This document shows positions 1-9,588 of a stretch of DNA of 64,000 nt, in pieces. The position numbers and the translations under genes were made by a program. The notes beneath the pieces were generated by a model. That model did not search any database. It had not been told where the DNA came from and was given only the letters and a program-made list of their open reading frames with translations. Source of the DNA: Thermoanaerobaculia bacterium (lineage in GTDB: Bacteria > Acidobacteriota > Thermoanaerobaculia > UBA5066); the NCBI GenBank assembly GCA_963816185.1, contig CAWFJJ010000005.1, forward strand, positions 192,001-256,000, in the 5' to 3' direction. Position 1 is the stretch's first letter; each line of letters starts with the position of its first letter.

Positions 1-2
1 TC

Positions 3-581
3 GGCGCCGGGTCCCCGCGTTCCGGCCCGTTCCTGGGGAGTCTGATGCCCGTCCTCGGCGAGATCGCGAGCCACAAGCGATTCCAGTCGTGCGGGGCCGC
101 CCGCCCTCGCTTCACCGGTCACCTCCTTCTCTTGTGGGGCTTCGTGGGGGCCGCCGTCACGTCCGGCCTCCTGGTCGTCGGAATCTACGTCCAGAAGCTG
201 CCGATGCCGCTCGCCCTCTCGCATCCTTACAAGATTCTGGGCAACGTGTCGGCGGTGCTGCTCGTCGTCGGGGGCGGCTGGCTGGTCGCGACCCGGCTCG
301 GGAATCGGGCGGCGACCGGCGCGTCGACCGCCTTCGACGCCTACTTCCTCACGATGGTGGTCCTCGTCATCGTCACCGGGGTCCTCGCCGAGGTGGCGCG
401 CCTCGCGCTCTCGCCCTCCTTCGCGGTCGCCATCTACATCACGCATCTGGGGGTGGTGCTGAATCTCTTCATCACCTTCCCGTATTCGAAGTTCTCACAC
501 CTTCTTTACCGCTCCATCGCCATGCTCCACCAGCGCATGGCCGACGTTGGTGAGCGCAGCATCGCTGGACACGCCCAATAG
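3..581 (+). CDS. qmoC: QmoC-like membrane subunit of the quinone-interacting oxidoreductase, 3' part (5' truncated by window)
   Basis: Frame open from window start; multi-TM protein with 'GHLLLLWGF', 'HPYKILGN', '[11 protein letters not shown]'; directly upstream of sat. Confidence 0.8.
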   Translation, partial: GAGSPRSGPFLGSLMPVLGEIASHKRFQSCGAARPRFTGHLLLLWGFVGAAVTSGLLVVGIYVQKLPMPLALSHPYKILGNVSAVLLVVGGGWLVATRLGNRAATGASTAFDAYFLTMVVLVIVTGVLAEVARLALSPSFAVAIYITHLGVVLNLFITFPYSKFSHLLYRSIAMLHQRMADVGERSIAGHAQ

Positions 582-598
582 GAAAGGAGAACGTCACG

Positions 599-1864
599 AT
601 GTCAAGACTCGTTCCTCCCCATGGAAGCAAGGCCCTCCGACCGCTCCTCCTGAGCGGAAAGGAGTGCGAAGAGGAGATCCGGAAGGCGCGCTCGCTCAAG
701 AAAGTCCCGATGACGAGCCGCGAGACCTCGGACCTGATCATGATGGGAATCGGAGCCTTCACGCCCCTTCCGGGGTTCATGGGCTACGACGACTGGAAAG
801 GCTGCTGCGACGACTACAAGCTCGCCTCCCAGAAGAACCTCTTCTGGCCCATTCCTATCACGCTCTCGGCCGAGCCCGACCTGGGTGACTCGATCAAGAC
901 CGGCGAAGAGGTCGCTCTCTGGGACACCGAGACCGACGCCCTCATGGGCACCATGAAGGTGACGGAGAAGTACGTCATCGAAAAGGAATTCGAGTGCAAG
1001 CAGGTGTTCCGCACCGTCGACACCAAGCACCCGGGCGTCCAGAAGGTCATGGCCCAGCCGCCGGTCAACCTGGCGGGTCCGGTGAAGGTGGTCTCCGAGT
1101 CGTATTACCCCGAGATGTTCAAGGGGATCTATCAGCGTCCCGCCGAGGCCCGGAAGAACTTCGAGGACAGGAACTGGACCACGGTGGCCGCCCTGCAGCT
1201 TCGCAACCCCATGCACGGCTCCCATGCCTACCTCGCGTGGATCGCGATCGAGGTCTGCGACGGCGTCTACATCCACCAGCTCGTCGGCAAGCTCAAGGAA
1301 GGCGACATTCCCGCCGACGTTCGCGTGCGCGCAATCGACGCCCTAGTCAACAAGTATTTCCGCAAGGAGCGCGTAATCCAGGGCGGCTACCCCATGGAGA
1401 TGCGCTACGCCGGTCCGCGTGAAGCGCTCCTGCACGCCGTCTTCCGCCAGAACTATGGCTGCTCGCACCTCATCGTGGGGCGCGATCACGCCGGCGTCGG
1501 CGACTACTACGGCCCGTTCGACGCCCAGACGATCTTCCACGAGATCCCGTCGGACGCCCTGGCGCTCAAGCCTCTGCCGCTCGACTGGACGTTCTATTGC
1601 TACGAGTGCGGAAGCATGGCCTCGATGAAGACCTGCCCCCACGAGAGCAAGGCCGTCATAGACGAAAACGGCAAGTACAAGGGCGGCGCTCGCCTGCTGC
1701 TCTCCGGCACCCTCCTCCGGAAGCTCATGAGCGAAGGCAAGCCCGTGCCGTCCGAGTTCTCGAAGCCCGAGGTAATTGCCATCCTGAAGGAGTACTACGA
1801 CAAGCTCGAGGATAAGGTGGAGATCAAGCTCCACGGCGCGGCGACGGGGGACGTCAAGAGGTAG
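599..1864 (+). CDS. sat: Sulfate adenylyltransferase (ATP sulfurylase, dissimilatory type)
   Basis: '[10 protein letters not shown]', '[34 protein letters not shown]', Zn motif CxxC...CPH, 'LSGT'; RBS AGGAG. Confidence 0.97.
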   Translation: MSRLVPPHGSKALRPLLLSGKECEEEIRKARSLKKVPMTSRETSDLIMMGIGAFTPLPGFMGYDDWKGCCDDYKLASQKNLFWPIPITLSAEPDLGDSIKTGEEVALWDTETDALMGTMKVTEKYVIEKEFECKQVFRTVDTKHPGVQKVMAQPPVNLAGPVKVVSESYYPEMFKGIYQRPAEARKNFEDRNWTTVAALQLRNPMHGSHAYLAWIAIEVCDGVYIHQLVGKLKEGDIPADVRVRAIDALVNKYFRKERVIQGGYPMEMRYAGPREALLHAVFRQNYGCSHLIVGRDHAGVGDYYGPFDAQTIFHEIPSDALALKPLPLDWTFYCYECGSMASMKTCPHESKAVIDENGKYKGGARLLLSGTLLRKLMSEGKPVPSEFSKPEVIAILKEYYDKLEDKVEIKLHGAATGDVKR

Positions 1865-1894
1865 TCGAAGACCTCGCCACTGAAGCCTCAGCTC

Positions 1895-1941
1895 CTCGAC
1901 GCATGCGTTCCAGCGGGACGCGTGCGTCGAGTTTTTCTTTT
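1895..1941 (+). terminator. Intrinsic terminator after sat
   Basis: 17-bp stem ctcgacgcatgcgttcc / gggacgcgtgcgtcgag followed by tttttctttt. Confidence 0.85.
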
Positions 1942-2007
1942 GCGAAATGCACGATTCGCAATTTGCCCATACTCCAACTTGACAACTATGGGATTGGGCA
2001 CTACGTT
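1940..2007 (+). promoter_or_regulatory. Sigma70-type promoter with overlapping inverted repeats upstream of the Rrf2 gene
   Basis: TTGACA (1979-1984)-17 nt-TACGTT (2002-2007); TTGCGAA-N8-TTCGCAA at 1940-1961; cccata...tatggg flanks the -35. Confidence 0.65.
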
Positions 2008-2013
2008 GCGCTT

Positions 2014-2499
2014 GTGAAACTCGGTACACGCCCGCGTTACGCGCTCCGGATGATGCTCGAGATCGCCCGGCTCGGCGGGCAGAACGCCCCGGTGAGCCTG
2101 ACCACCGTCTCCGGGCACAGTCACCTCTCGCGAGGGTATCTCGAGCAGCTGGCGCTCGCGCTCAGAACCCGGGGCCTGCTCAAGGGCGTGTGCGGGAAGC
2201 AGGGCGGCTATCGCCTCGCCCGCGGCCCCGATGAGATCACGATCGGAGAGATCTTCGAGGCGGCGATGGGTCCCCTCAACATCGTCGAGTGCGTCAGCGA
2301 TCCGCTTTCGTGCATGCGCAGCGAGTCTTGCGAATGCCGTCCGGTCTATCAGCTGATGAACCGGCGTATCACCGAGGTGCTGCACGGTTTCACGCTTGCC
2401 CAGATGCTCGACCCGGGATGGGCGCAGGCGATGAAGGCTGACGCGGTTTCGGCGGGACCAACGGAGAGTCCGATCGCCGGGCGCGGTACGGGAGGGTAA
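2014..2499 (+). CDS. Rrf2/IscR-family transcriptional regulator, probably Fe-S binding
   Basis: 'RYALRMML', 'SRGYLEQL', 'GKQGGYRLAR', Cys cluster 'ECVSDPLSCMRSESC'; GTG start at 2014. Confidence 0.92.
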   Translation: MKLGTRPRYALRMMLEIARLGGQNAPVSLTTVSGHSHLSRGYLEQLALALRTRGLLKGVCGKQGGYRLARGPDEITIGEIFEAAMGPLNIVECVSDPLSCMRSESCECRPVYQLMNRRITEVLHGFTLAQMLDPGWAQAMKADAVSAGPTESPIAGRGTGG

Positions 2500-2503
2500 T
2501 GCG

Positions 2504-3031
2504 ATGGTGGAAAAGAGAGTCGGGGATCACGTCATCAAGCTCGTCCGCGGCGACATCACGGACCTCGCGGTGGACGCGTTCGTCTACGACCTCACGGCCG
2601 ACTGCAAGCTGGGCTCGGGTTACGGCGGCGCGATCTCCACGCGCGGCGGGAAGGTCGTGCAGGACCAGCTCAACGCGGTCGGCACCCTGAACACCGGGGA
2701 GGCCGCCGTCACGACCGCCGGGAACCTGAAGGCCAAGTTCATCATCCACGTGAACGGCCCCAAGTTCCACGAGCCGGACACGCGCGGCAAGCTCGCACGA
2801 TCGGTGGAGAGCGCCCTGAAGAAGGCGGAGGAGAAGGGCCTCGACACGGTCGCCTTCCCGCCGATCGGGACAGGGCTCTACCAGGTGCCGCCGGACCTGT
2901 GCGCGAGCGTCCTTTTGGACACCGTGAAGGGGTACCTCGGCGGAAAGACCCGTCTCAAGGAGGTTCTCTTCGTCGCCGTCGACTCGCGCGAGTACAAGCC
3001 TTTTGCGGCTGCCTTGGAAGGGGGGGCGTGA
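2504..3031 (+). CDS. Macro domain protein with degenerate catalytic loop
   Basis: 'GDIT', 'IIHVNGP', 'AFPPIGTGLY'; the usual NAAN is replaced by YDLT. Confidence 0.85.
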   Translation: MVEKRVGDHVIKLVRGDITDLAVDAFVYDLTADCKLGSGYGGAISTRGGKVVQDQLNAVGTLNTGEAAVTTAGNLKAKFIIHVNGPKFHEPDTRGKLARSVESALKKAEEKGLDTVAFPPIGTGLYQVPPDLCASVLLDTVKGYLGGKTRLKEVLFVAVDSREYKPFAAALEGGA

Positions 3032-3032
3032 C

Positions 3033-3719
3033 ATGCCCGCCACCGAGCCCTCCCGTTTGCTGCACTCGGTCGAGATCATCCACTGGACTGCTCTCGGCGT
3101 AATGGCCATGGTCTACCTCCTGCGCATCCGCTGGCTGCTCTCCTTCCGCGCCACACGCGACCGCCAGACGCCGAGTGCGCCGTCCCGCACCGGCGCCCAG
3201 AGAGGGGCCATGTACTCGCTGGCCAACGTCATGATGCCCTGGGCGATGGAGAGCACCCGGCGGGGGTTTCCCTTCTACCTGACCTTCGTGCTGTTCCATC
3301 TCGGCGTCGTGGCCGGCATTTCCCTCGCGTTCCTTTCCACGATCTCCCGATCGTTCCTGCAGATTTCCGCGGTGGCCACGGTCACACTCTCCCTGCTCGT
3401 CGCCGCATTCCTCATCGGCCTTTACCGCATCGCGCGCCGGCTGCTCCGCCGCGTCATGCGGCTGATCTCGACCCCGGACGACTACTTCTCCGTCGCGCTC
3501 CTGACCTCGTGGTTCCTGCTCGGGGCCTTCGCCGAGCTGCACCTCCTCGGCAAAGTCGGCGGAGAGGGCGTGATGGTGGCGTACCTGCTCCTCACGAGCT
3601 TCTTCCTGCTTTACGTCCCGTTCTCGAAGATCTCGCACTACCTCTACTACCCGTTCACCCGGATCTGGCTCGGGCGGACGCTGGGTCACCGCGGGGTCTT
3701 CCCGCTCTTGAGAGGATGA
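3033..3719 (+). CDS. NarI/TmcC/HmcE/DsrM-like membrane cytochrome b subunit
   Basis: About five TM helices; 'FHLGV', 'RLISTPDDYFS', 'PFSKISHY'; adjacent to a CCG-domain subunit. Confidence 0.8.
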   Translation: MPATEPSRLLHSVEIIHWTALGVMAMVYLLRIRWLLSFRATRDRQTPSAPSRTGAQRGAMYSLANVMMPWAMESTRRGFPFYLTFVLFHLGVVAGISLAFLSTISRSFLQISAVATVTLSLLVAAFLIGLYRIARRLLRRVMRLISTPDDYFSVALLTSWFLLGAFAELHLLGKVGGEGVMVAYLLLTSFFLLYVPFSKISHYLYYPFTRIWLGRTLGHRGVFPLLRG

Positions 3720-3729
3720 GGAGATCACC

Positions 3730-5487
3730 ATGAGCGCGAACGACAGCACCTACAAGATCCAGGCGATGCGGGATCTGCTCGCCAAGAAGCTGACGCGGCC
3801 CGTCGTCGGCTCCCTGGTCGGCTGCGTCCACTGCGGGATGTGCAACGAGGCGTGCCACTACGTCATGACGCATCCCGAAGACCCGAAGATGACGCCTTCG
3901 TTCAAGGCCGACCAGCTCCGCAAGCTGTTCAAGTACAACTTCGACTGGACGGGCAAGGTGTTCCCCTGGTGGGTCGGGGCGAAGGAGCCGTTGACCGACG
4001 CCGATCTCGACGTGCTCAAGGACATCGCCTTCGGGACGTGCACCAACTGCCGCCGCTGCACCTTCAACTGCCCCATGGGGGTCGACACCGCGGTGCTCAA
4101 CCGTGTCATGCGCGGCCTGCTCGCCTCGGTCGGCGTGATGCCCGAAGGCGTCCGCGTCGTTTCCAAGGACCAGTGGGAGATCGGCAACCAGATGGGCGTT
4201 CTCAAGGAGGACTACCTGGAGACGCTCGACTGGATGTCCGAAGAGCTCGTGAAGGAAGTCAACGACCCGAATGCGCGCATTCCCGTCGACAAGCCGAACT
4301 GCGACGTGATCTACACCATCAACCCACGCGAGGCAAAGTACGATCCGCGCACGATCTCGGCCGCGGCCAAGATCTTCTGGGCGGCCGGAGAGAGCTGGAC
4401 CATGCCTTCCGAGGGCTGGGACCAGACCAACTTCGGGCTGTTCTCCGGCGACGACGCCCTCGGCGGCGCCGCCGCCCGCCGCGTCTACGAGAAGATGAAG
4501 GAGCTGAACGCCAAGAGGATCGTGATCTCGGAGTGCGGTCACGGTTACCGCTCGACGCGCTGCGAGGGACCCAACTGGGCGGGGATCGACCAGAATTTCG
4601 AGATGGAGAGCTCCATCTTCACGATGCTCCGGTATCTCAAGGACGGGCGCATCAAAGTCGATCAGGCGAAGCTCCGGGAACGCGTGACCTATCACGACTC
4701 CTGCAATCTGGCCCGCTCGTGCGGCATCACCGAGGAGCCGCGCGAGCTGTTGCGGGCCGTGGCGACCGACTTCGTCGAGATGGTTCCCAACCGCGCCGAG
4801 AATTTCTGCTGCACGGGCGGCGGCGGAGCGATGTCGATGTCGGAGTACACGCCCCGGCGCCTGAAGTCGGCGAAGGTCAAGGCCGACCAGATCGCGGCGA
4901 CCGGCGCGAAGATCGTCGTCACCTCGTGCCACAACTGTGTCGACGGGCTAAACGACCTGATCAAGCACTACAAGCTCGGCTGCGAGGTGAAACAGCTCGT
5001 GGACCTCGTTGCCGATGCACTCATCATCCCGGAATGCGCGGTGATGAGACGACCGAAGGCGGTGGTGGAGATGCCGAAACCTGCACAGGCGTTGAAAGAG
5101 AGGCGGATCCTGGTGGTGGACGACGAGGCCGACATCCGGACGTTCCTCAGGACGGTCCTCGAGGATGCCGGTGCCGAAGTCTACGAGGCCGCCGATGGCA
5201 ACCAGGCCCTCGCCCAGGCCCGCAAGTACAAGCCCGACCTGATCACCCTCGACCTGTCGATGGAGCACAAGGACGGCATCGAGACGTTCGCCGAGCTGCG
5301 CTCCGACGACGCACTCGCGGGAATCCCGGTTTGCGTCGTCACCGGCCACCCGGAGTTCCGCCAGGTTCTCTATTCCCGCGCCGTGCCTCCGCCCGACGGA
5401 TACATGGACAAGCCGATCAAGGAAGACGAGCTGGTCGAGAACGTGTGGCGCATCCTCGGACTCCACAATCACAAGGTCCATGCCTGA
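3730..5487 (+). CDS. TmcB/HmcF/DsrK-like Fe-S CCG-domain oxidoreductase fused to a C-terminal receiver domain
   Basis: CVHCGMCNEAC and CTNCRRCTFNCP; 'ECGH', 'YHDSCN', 'CCTGGGG', 'CHNC'; from about 5104 'RILVVDD...PDLITLDLSM...VVTG...DKP'. Confidence 0.88.
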   Translation: MSANDSTYKIQAMRDLLAKKLTRPVVGSLVGCVHCGMCNEACHYVMTHPEDPKMTPSFKADQLRKLFKYNFDWTGKVFPWWVGAKEPLTDADLDVLKDIAFGTCTNCRRCTFNCPMGVDTAVLNRVMRGLLASVGVMPEGVRVVSKDQWEIGNQMGVLKEDYLETLDWMSEELVKEVNDPNARIPVDKPNCDVIYTINPREAKYDPRTISAAAKIFWAAGESWTMPSEGWDQTNFGLFSGDDALGGAAARRVYEKMKELNAKRIVISECGHGYRSTRCEGPNWAGIDQNFEMESSIFTMLRYLKDGRIKVDQAKLRERVTYHDSCNLARSCGITEEPRELLRAVATDFVEMVPNRAENFCCTGGGGAMSMSEYTPRRLKSAKVKADQIAATGAKIVVTSCHNCVDGLNDLIKHYKLGCEVKQLVDLVADALIIPECAVMRRPKAVVEMPKPAQALKERRILVVDDEADIRTFLRTVLEDAGAEVYEAADGNQALAQARKYKPDLITLDLSMEHKDGIETFAELRSDDALAGIPVCVVTGHPEFRQVLYSRAVPPPDGYMDKPIKEDELVENVWRILGLHNHKVHA

Positions 5488-5526
5488 CACGGCGGGCGCC
5501 GCCTCGGAAGGAACAGGGAGGCCCCT

Positions 5527-6951
5527 GTGACGGAGCGGTGTCGCGAGTACTTCGAGGAGATGCCGTGTTACGTCTCGGTGCACGACCGCGACCTTCGCAT
5601 CGTGGCCGCGAACCGGCGATTCCGCGAAGACTTCGGCGACGCCGTCGGCGCGTTGTGCTACCAGGCCTACAAGGGACGTCACGAGGTCTGTCCGGATTGC
5701 CCCGTGCAGCAGACCTTCCGGGAAGGCCGGGGTCAGATCAGCGAGCAAACCCTCGTCGCCAAGAGCGGCGAGCACGTACCTGTTCGCGTCTGGACGACGC
5801 CGATCCTCGATGCGAAAGGGCAGGTCGGGGCCGTCATGGAGATGCACACCGACCTCCGCCCGTTCAAGGCTCTGGAGGCCCGGCTGGAGCGGACGCAGGC
5901 GCGCTACGCGCAGCTTTTCGAGGAGGTTCCGTGCTTCATCTCCGTGCAAGGCCGAGACCGGATCATCCAGCACGCGAACCGGAGGTTTCGGGAGACTTTC
6001 GGCGACGCCGTCGGGAAGCACTGCTGGCGCGTTTACAAGCACCGCGATGAGCCGTGCCTCGTCTGTACGCCGCAGCCCACGTTCGACACCGGAGCGCCGA
6101 CCGAGCACGAGGAGGTCGTGGTCTCCCTGTCGGGCCGGACGATGCACGTAAGGTGCACGAGCGCGCCCGTTCGCAACTCGTCCGGGAAGGTGGAGGCGAT
6201 CATCGAGATGTCGACCGATATCACGCCCCTCCGGGAGCTGCAGTCCCAGCTCACGTCGATCGGCCTCCTCGTCGGGTCGATCTCCCATGGAATCAAGGGG
6301 CTTCTCACCGGGCTCGACGGGGGGATGTATCTGGTCAATTCGGGCTTCGAGAAGGACCGGCCCGACCGGGTCAGGCAGGGCTGGGCGATGGTGCAGCGCA
6401 ACGTCGAGCGGATCCGGTCCATGGTGCTCGACATCCTCTACTACGCCAAGGATCGAGAGCTCGAGGTTGCGCCCATCGAAGTCGAGCAGCTCGCTGTTGA
6501 GGTCGTCGAGTCCATGCAGAAGCGCGCCGGCGACGTCGACGTCGCTCTTTCCCTAGAAATCGAGCCGCAGGTCGGCGTGCTGGCCGGCGACGCCAAGGCG
6601 GTGCGGGCGATGCTCGTCAACATCCTCGAGAACTCGCTGGACGCCTGCCGCGCGGACACCGCCAAGACGGTTCATCGCGTCGAGTTCAGGGTGAAACGCT
6701 CGCCGCCGTGGCTCCTCTTCGAGATCGAGGACAACGGGATCGGAATGGACCGGGAGACCCGCGAGAAACTGTTCTCTCTCTTCTTCTCGTCGAAGGGGGT
6801 CAGCGGGACGGGGCTGGGTCTCTTCATCTCGAACAAGATCGCCGACAAGCACGGGGGCGGCATCGAGGTCGACTCGGAGCCGGGCCGCGGCAGTCGCTTC
6901 GCTGTCCGACTGCCGCTGGAGGCGCGTCCCAGCACCCAACCCGAGGAATGA
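5527..6951 (+). CDS. Soluble PAS-PAS sensor histidine kinase with Cys-rich PAS domains
   Basis: Two PAS-like repeats; H-box 'SISHGIKG'; 'NILENSLDA', 'DNGIG', 'GTGLGL'; no TM segments. Confidence 0.9.
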   Translation: MTERCREYFEEMPCYVSVHDRDLRIVAANRRFREDFGDAVGALCYQAYKGRHEVCPDCPVQQTFREGRGQISEQTLVAKSGEHVPVRVWTTPILDAKGQVGAVMEMHTDLRPFKALEARLERTQARYAQLFEEVPCFISVQGRDRIIQHANRRFRETFGDAVGKHCWRVYKHRDEPCLVCTPQPTFDTGAPTEHEEVVVSLSGRTMHVRCTSAPVRNSSGKVEAIIEMSTDITPLRELQSQLTSIGLLVGSISHGIKGLLTGLDGGMYLVNSGFEKDRPDRVRQGWAMVQRNVERIRSMVLDILYYAKDRELEVAPIEVEQLAVEVVESMQKRAGDVDVALSLEIEPQVGVLAGDAKAVRAMLVNILENSLDACRADTAKTVHRVEFRVKRSPPWLLFEIEDNGIGMDRETREKLFSLFFSSKGVSGTGLGLFISNKIADKHGGGIEVDSEPGRGSRFAVRLPLEARPSTQPEE

Positions 6952-6979
6952 GGGGACCGGCGCGAACCGAGGGGGAGCG

Positions 6980-7387
6980 ATGGCGGAGAAGAGAGTCCTC
7001 ATCGTCGACGACGACCCCGACGTCGTGGCCTACGTCACGTCCTTTCTCGAAGATCAGGGCTATGTCGCGCGATCGGCGGGCGACGCAGCCAGGGCCCTCG
7101 CCGTTCTCTCGAGTTATCGTCCCGACGCGATCCTGGTCGATGTGCTGATGCCCGGAAAGTCCGGACTCGACCTCCTCGTCACGCTGCGCCGCGACCCGCG
7201 CTGGCAGGACCTCCCGCTCGTCGTCGTCACCGGCATGGACCAGATTCTCGAGAAAGATTGTCAGTCGTACCTGCTCTCGCACGAGGGCATCAGCGGCCCG
7301 GACGCCGTGCTCGGCAAGCCCATCGACCGAAAGGCGCTCCTCGCCGTCCTCGCCTACGTCTGCGACCGTCTCCCTGCGCCTCGATGA
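6980..7387 (+). CDS. Single-domain response regulator (receiver only)
   Basis: 'VLIVDDD', 'DVLMPGKSG', 'VVTG', 'GKP'. Confidence 0.92.
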   Translation: MAEKRVLIVDDDPDVVAYVTSFLEDQGYVARSAGDAARALAVLSSYRPDAILVDVLMPGKSGLDLLVTLRRDPRWQDLPLVVVTGMDQILEKDCQSYLLSHEGISGPDAVLGKPIDRKALLAVLAYVCDRLPAPR

Positions 7388-7557
7388 TCGAGAGCGGGGA
7401 GGACCTTGGATGGTTACCGCCCCGACGCGACCCGGTCTGGAGACGGGACGTCACGGGAACGTAACAGACGGGTGCGGCGTGTGGCGCATCGGTGCTCCCC
7501 CGGACGAGAGAGAGGCCGCAATTGCAGACAGATCATCGGGCATGACGTGGACGGAGG

Positions 7558-7572
7558 CGGCATCAGGTTTGC
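7558..7572 (+). promoter_or_regulatory. Putative sigma54 -24/-12 promoter
   Basis: CGGCAT-N5-TTGC (GG-N10-GC) about 40 nt before the 7615 start, in a 230-bp intergenic gap. Confidence 0.6.
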
Positions 7573-7614
7573 GTTGAAGGAATTAGGCGCCGCTGAAGGT
7601 CTGCCGGAGGCCAC

Positions 7615-8010
7615 ATGACACAGCGAAGTGCAGTCGTCATCGACGACGAGCCGGACATCACTGCCTACCTCAGCGCCCTCCTTTCCGATCACGGCTGGAG
7701 GGTCCGTACCGCGAACGGAGTCGAGCAGGGGCTCAGACTCCTGGCCTTAGAGCGACCGGACGCGGTCCTCCTCGACCTCATGATGCCGGACCGAGGGGGT
7801 CTCACCGCTCTCGTGGCCATCCGAAAGGACCCTTCCCTCGCGGGGCTGCCGGTCGTCATCGTGAGCGGCATCCAGGAGAAGCTCACGTCCGACTACCACG
7901 CCTTCCTCGCCCGCGCCAAGCACCACCGGCCCGATGCCTATCTCGACAAGCCGGTCAACCCCAAGGAGCTGCTCCAGACCCTGGACAAGCTGGTCGCCGC
8001 AGCGGTCTGA
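7615..8010 (+). CDS. Single-domain response regulator
   Basis: 'VVIDDE', 'LDLMMPDRGG', 'IVSG', 'DKP'; RBS GGAGG. Confidence 0.92.
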   Translation: MTQRSAVVIDDEPDITAYLSALLSDHGWRVRTANGVEQGLRLLALERPDAVLLDLMMPDRGGLTALVAIRKDPSLAGLPVVIVSGIQEKLTSDYHAFLARAKHHRPDAYLDKPVNPKELLQTLDKLVAAAV

Positions 8011-8041
8011 GCAGGATCCTCACCGAATCGCGGCGAAGCCG

Positions 8042-9541
8042 ATGCCGATCATCTTCCTCTGTAGCGTGCCCTTCGGTGGCGGCGAGAGACTCGCCCGCCG
8101 CCTCGCCGCAAAGCTGGACTATGCCTACCTGAGCCGCGAGGACGTCGTCGCCAAGGCCAACGAGTGCGGCATCCCCGTGGGCAAGCTCGAGGTGGCCATG
8201 GTCAAGAAGCCCGCGGTGCGCGAGCGCCTGGCCCGCCTCAAGGAGCGATACCTCGCCGTCGCGACAGCGACGATTTGCGAGAGGGCCGCCGAAGGGGACC
8301 TCGTGTATCACGGGCGCGCCGGCCATTTCCTTCTTCCGGGCGTCTCGCACGTCGTCCGCGTTCGCGTCATCCCGGAGCACGGCGAACGCCTCGAGACCGT
8401 GATACAGCGGACAAAGCTGCCGCGCGAGAAAGCGGAGGATTTCCTTCGCAACATCGACGCCGACATACACGACTGGGTGCAGTTCGTCCACGGCGTCGAC
8501 ATGGACGACCTCCGCCGCTACGACCTCGTGGTCAACCTGGAGAACATCAGCGTCGAGAACGCCGCCATGGCGCTCTGCGGCATCGCCGACCTGCCCGACT
8601 TCAAGCCGACGCCGGCGAGCCGGAAAGCGATGGAGGAGCGGCTCCTGCAAGCCCGCGCCCGAATCCGGCTGGCTCTCGACGAACGGACCGCCGAGTCGGA
8701 CTTGACGGTCCGCTCGAGCGATGGCGTCGTCACGGTCACGTACGTGCCCCGCCAGTCCGCCGTGGCGACGGCGATTCCGGAGGTCCTTCGCGATCTGCCC
8801 GGCTGCCGGGCGGTCCGCTGCACCGTCGCGAGCACCAACATCCTCTGGATTCAGGAAGAGTTCCGCCCGGACGCCGAAACATTGCCGCAGATCAACGAGC
8901 TCGCCCGGCGCTGGGGGGCGGCCGTAGAGCTCGTCCGCTACCGGACAGAGGCGGCTTCGGAGGCTGCACTCGCTCCGCACGCGGCCGGGCCGCTGCCGAG
9001 GCCGCCCGATGGCGGCGTGGAGGACGACGACGTCGAGACGGTTTCGACGTCCGAGCGAGACTTCCGCGAAACGCTGGAGCTCTTCGTCCACGAAGGGCGC
9101 TCCGGGGGAAGCCAGAGCGTCTCGGGAGGACCCGACCGGCTTCTCGCGGCGATCAATCCGGACATCAGCTACAGCCTCATGGTCCTGGGCGACGTCTTCC
9201 TCGACAGGCCGTCGGCCGCGCGCACCCGCATGGCGCGAGATCTGGCCAATTTCCTCGCGAGAAAGGTGAAGGCGCCGGTGATCGGGACCGCCGAGCTGTC
9301 CGCGAGGCTCCGCTTCAGCTTTGGCCAGGGAATCAAAGTCGCCGCGGCGCTGCTCGTCATCGTCGGCCTCTACGTGCTCATCTTCCACTACCAGGAGCCG
9401 CTCCTCGACGTGCTCGGCGGCGCTTACCACAAGAAACAGCCCTGGGCCGCTCCGGTCCTGGTGGCGCTCGTCGCGCCCACCGTGGCCGCGCTGTACGGGA
9501 TGGTGGCCTCGGCGCTTCTCAGGCTGATACGGCTGGAGTGA
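8042..9541 (+). CDS. Cytidylate-kinase-like domain protein with BON-like middle region and C-terminal two-TM module
   Basis: 'GGGERLARRLAAKLDY', 'VYHGRAGHFLL', 'YDLVVNL'; hydrophobic C-terminus. Confidence 0.75.
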   Translation: MPIIFLCSVPFGGGERLARRLAAKLDYAYLSREDVVAKANECGIPVGKLEVAMVKKPAVRERLARLKERYLAVATATICERAAEGDLVYHGRAGHFLLPGVSHVVRVRVIPEHGERLETVIQRTKLPREKAEDFLRNIDADIHDWVQFVHGVDMDDLRRYDLVVNLENISVENAAMALCGIADLPDFKPTPASRKAMEERLLQARARIRLALDERTAESDLTVRSSDGVVTVTYVPRQSAVATAIPEVLRDLPGCRAVRCTVASTNILWIQEEFRPDAETLPQINELARRWGAAVELVRYRTEAASEAALAPHAAGPLPRPPDGGVEDDDVETVSTSERDFRETLELFVHEGRSGGSQSVSGGPDRLLAAINPDISYSLMVLGDVFLDRPSAARTRMARDLANFLARKVKAPVIGTAELSARLRFSFGQGIKVAAALLVIVGLYVLIFHYQEPLLDVLGGAYHKKQPWAAPVLVALVAPTVAALYGMVASALLRLIRLE

Positions 9542-9588
9542 GCGCGTGAGAGTCACCTTCCGCCTTCGATCCGACAAGGAGACGTGAA

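Noticed and set aside
3033-5487. Calling these genes dsrM and dsrK
   Set aside because: No dsrAB, dsrC or dsrJOP in the window, and the motifs fit TmcC/TmcB or HmcE/HmcF equally well; phylogeny is needed.
3840-6050. Long alternative-frame and antisense ORFs (also 22883-25021, 45479-47809, 56544-59624, 57743-60523)
   Set aside because: Arg/Pro/Gly-rich shadow frames of recognisable genes, expected in high-GC DNA.
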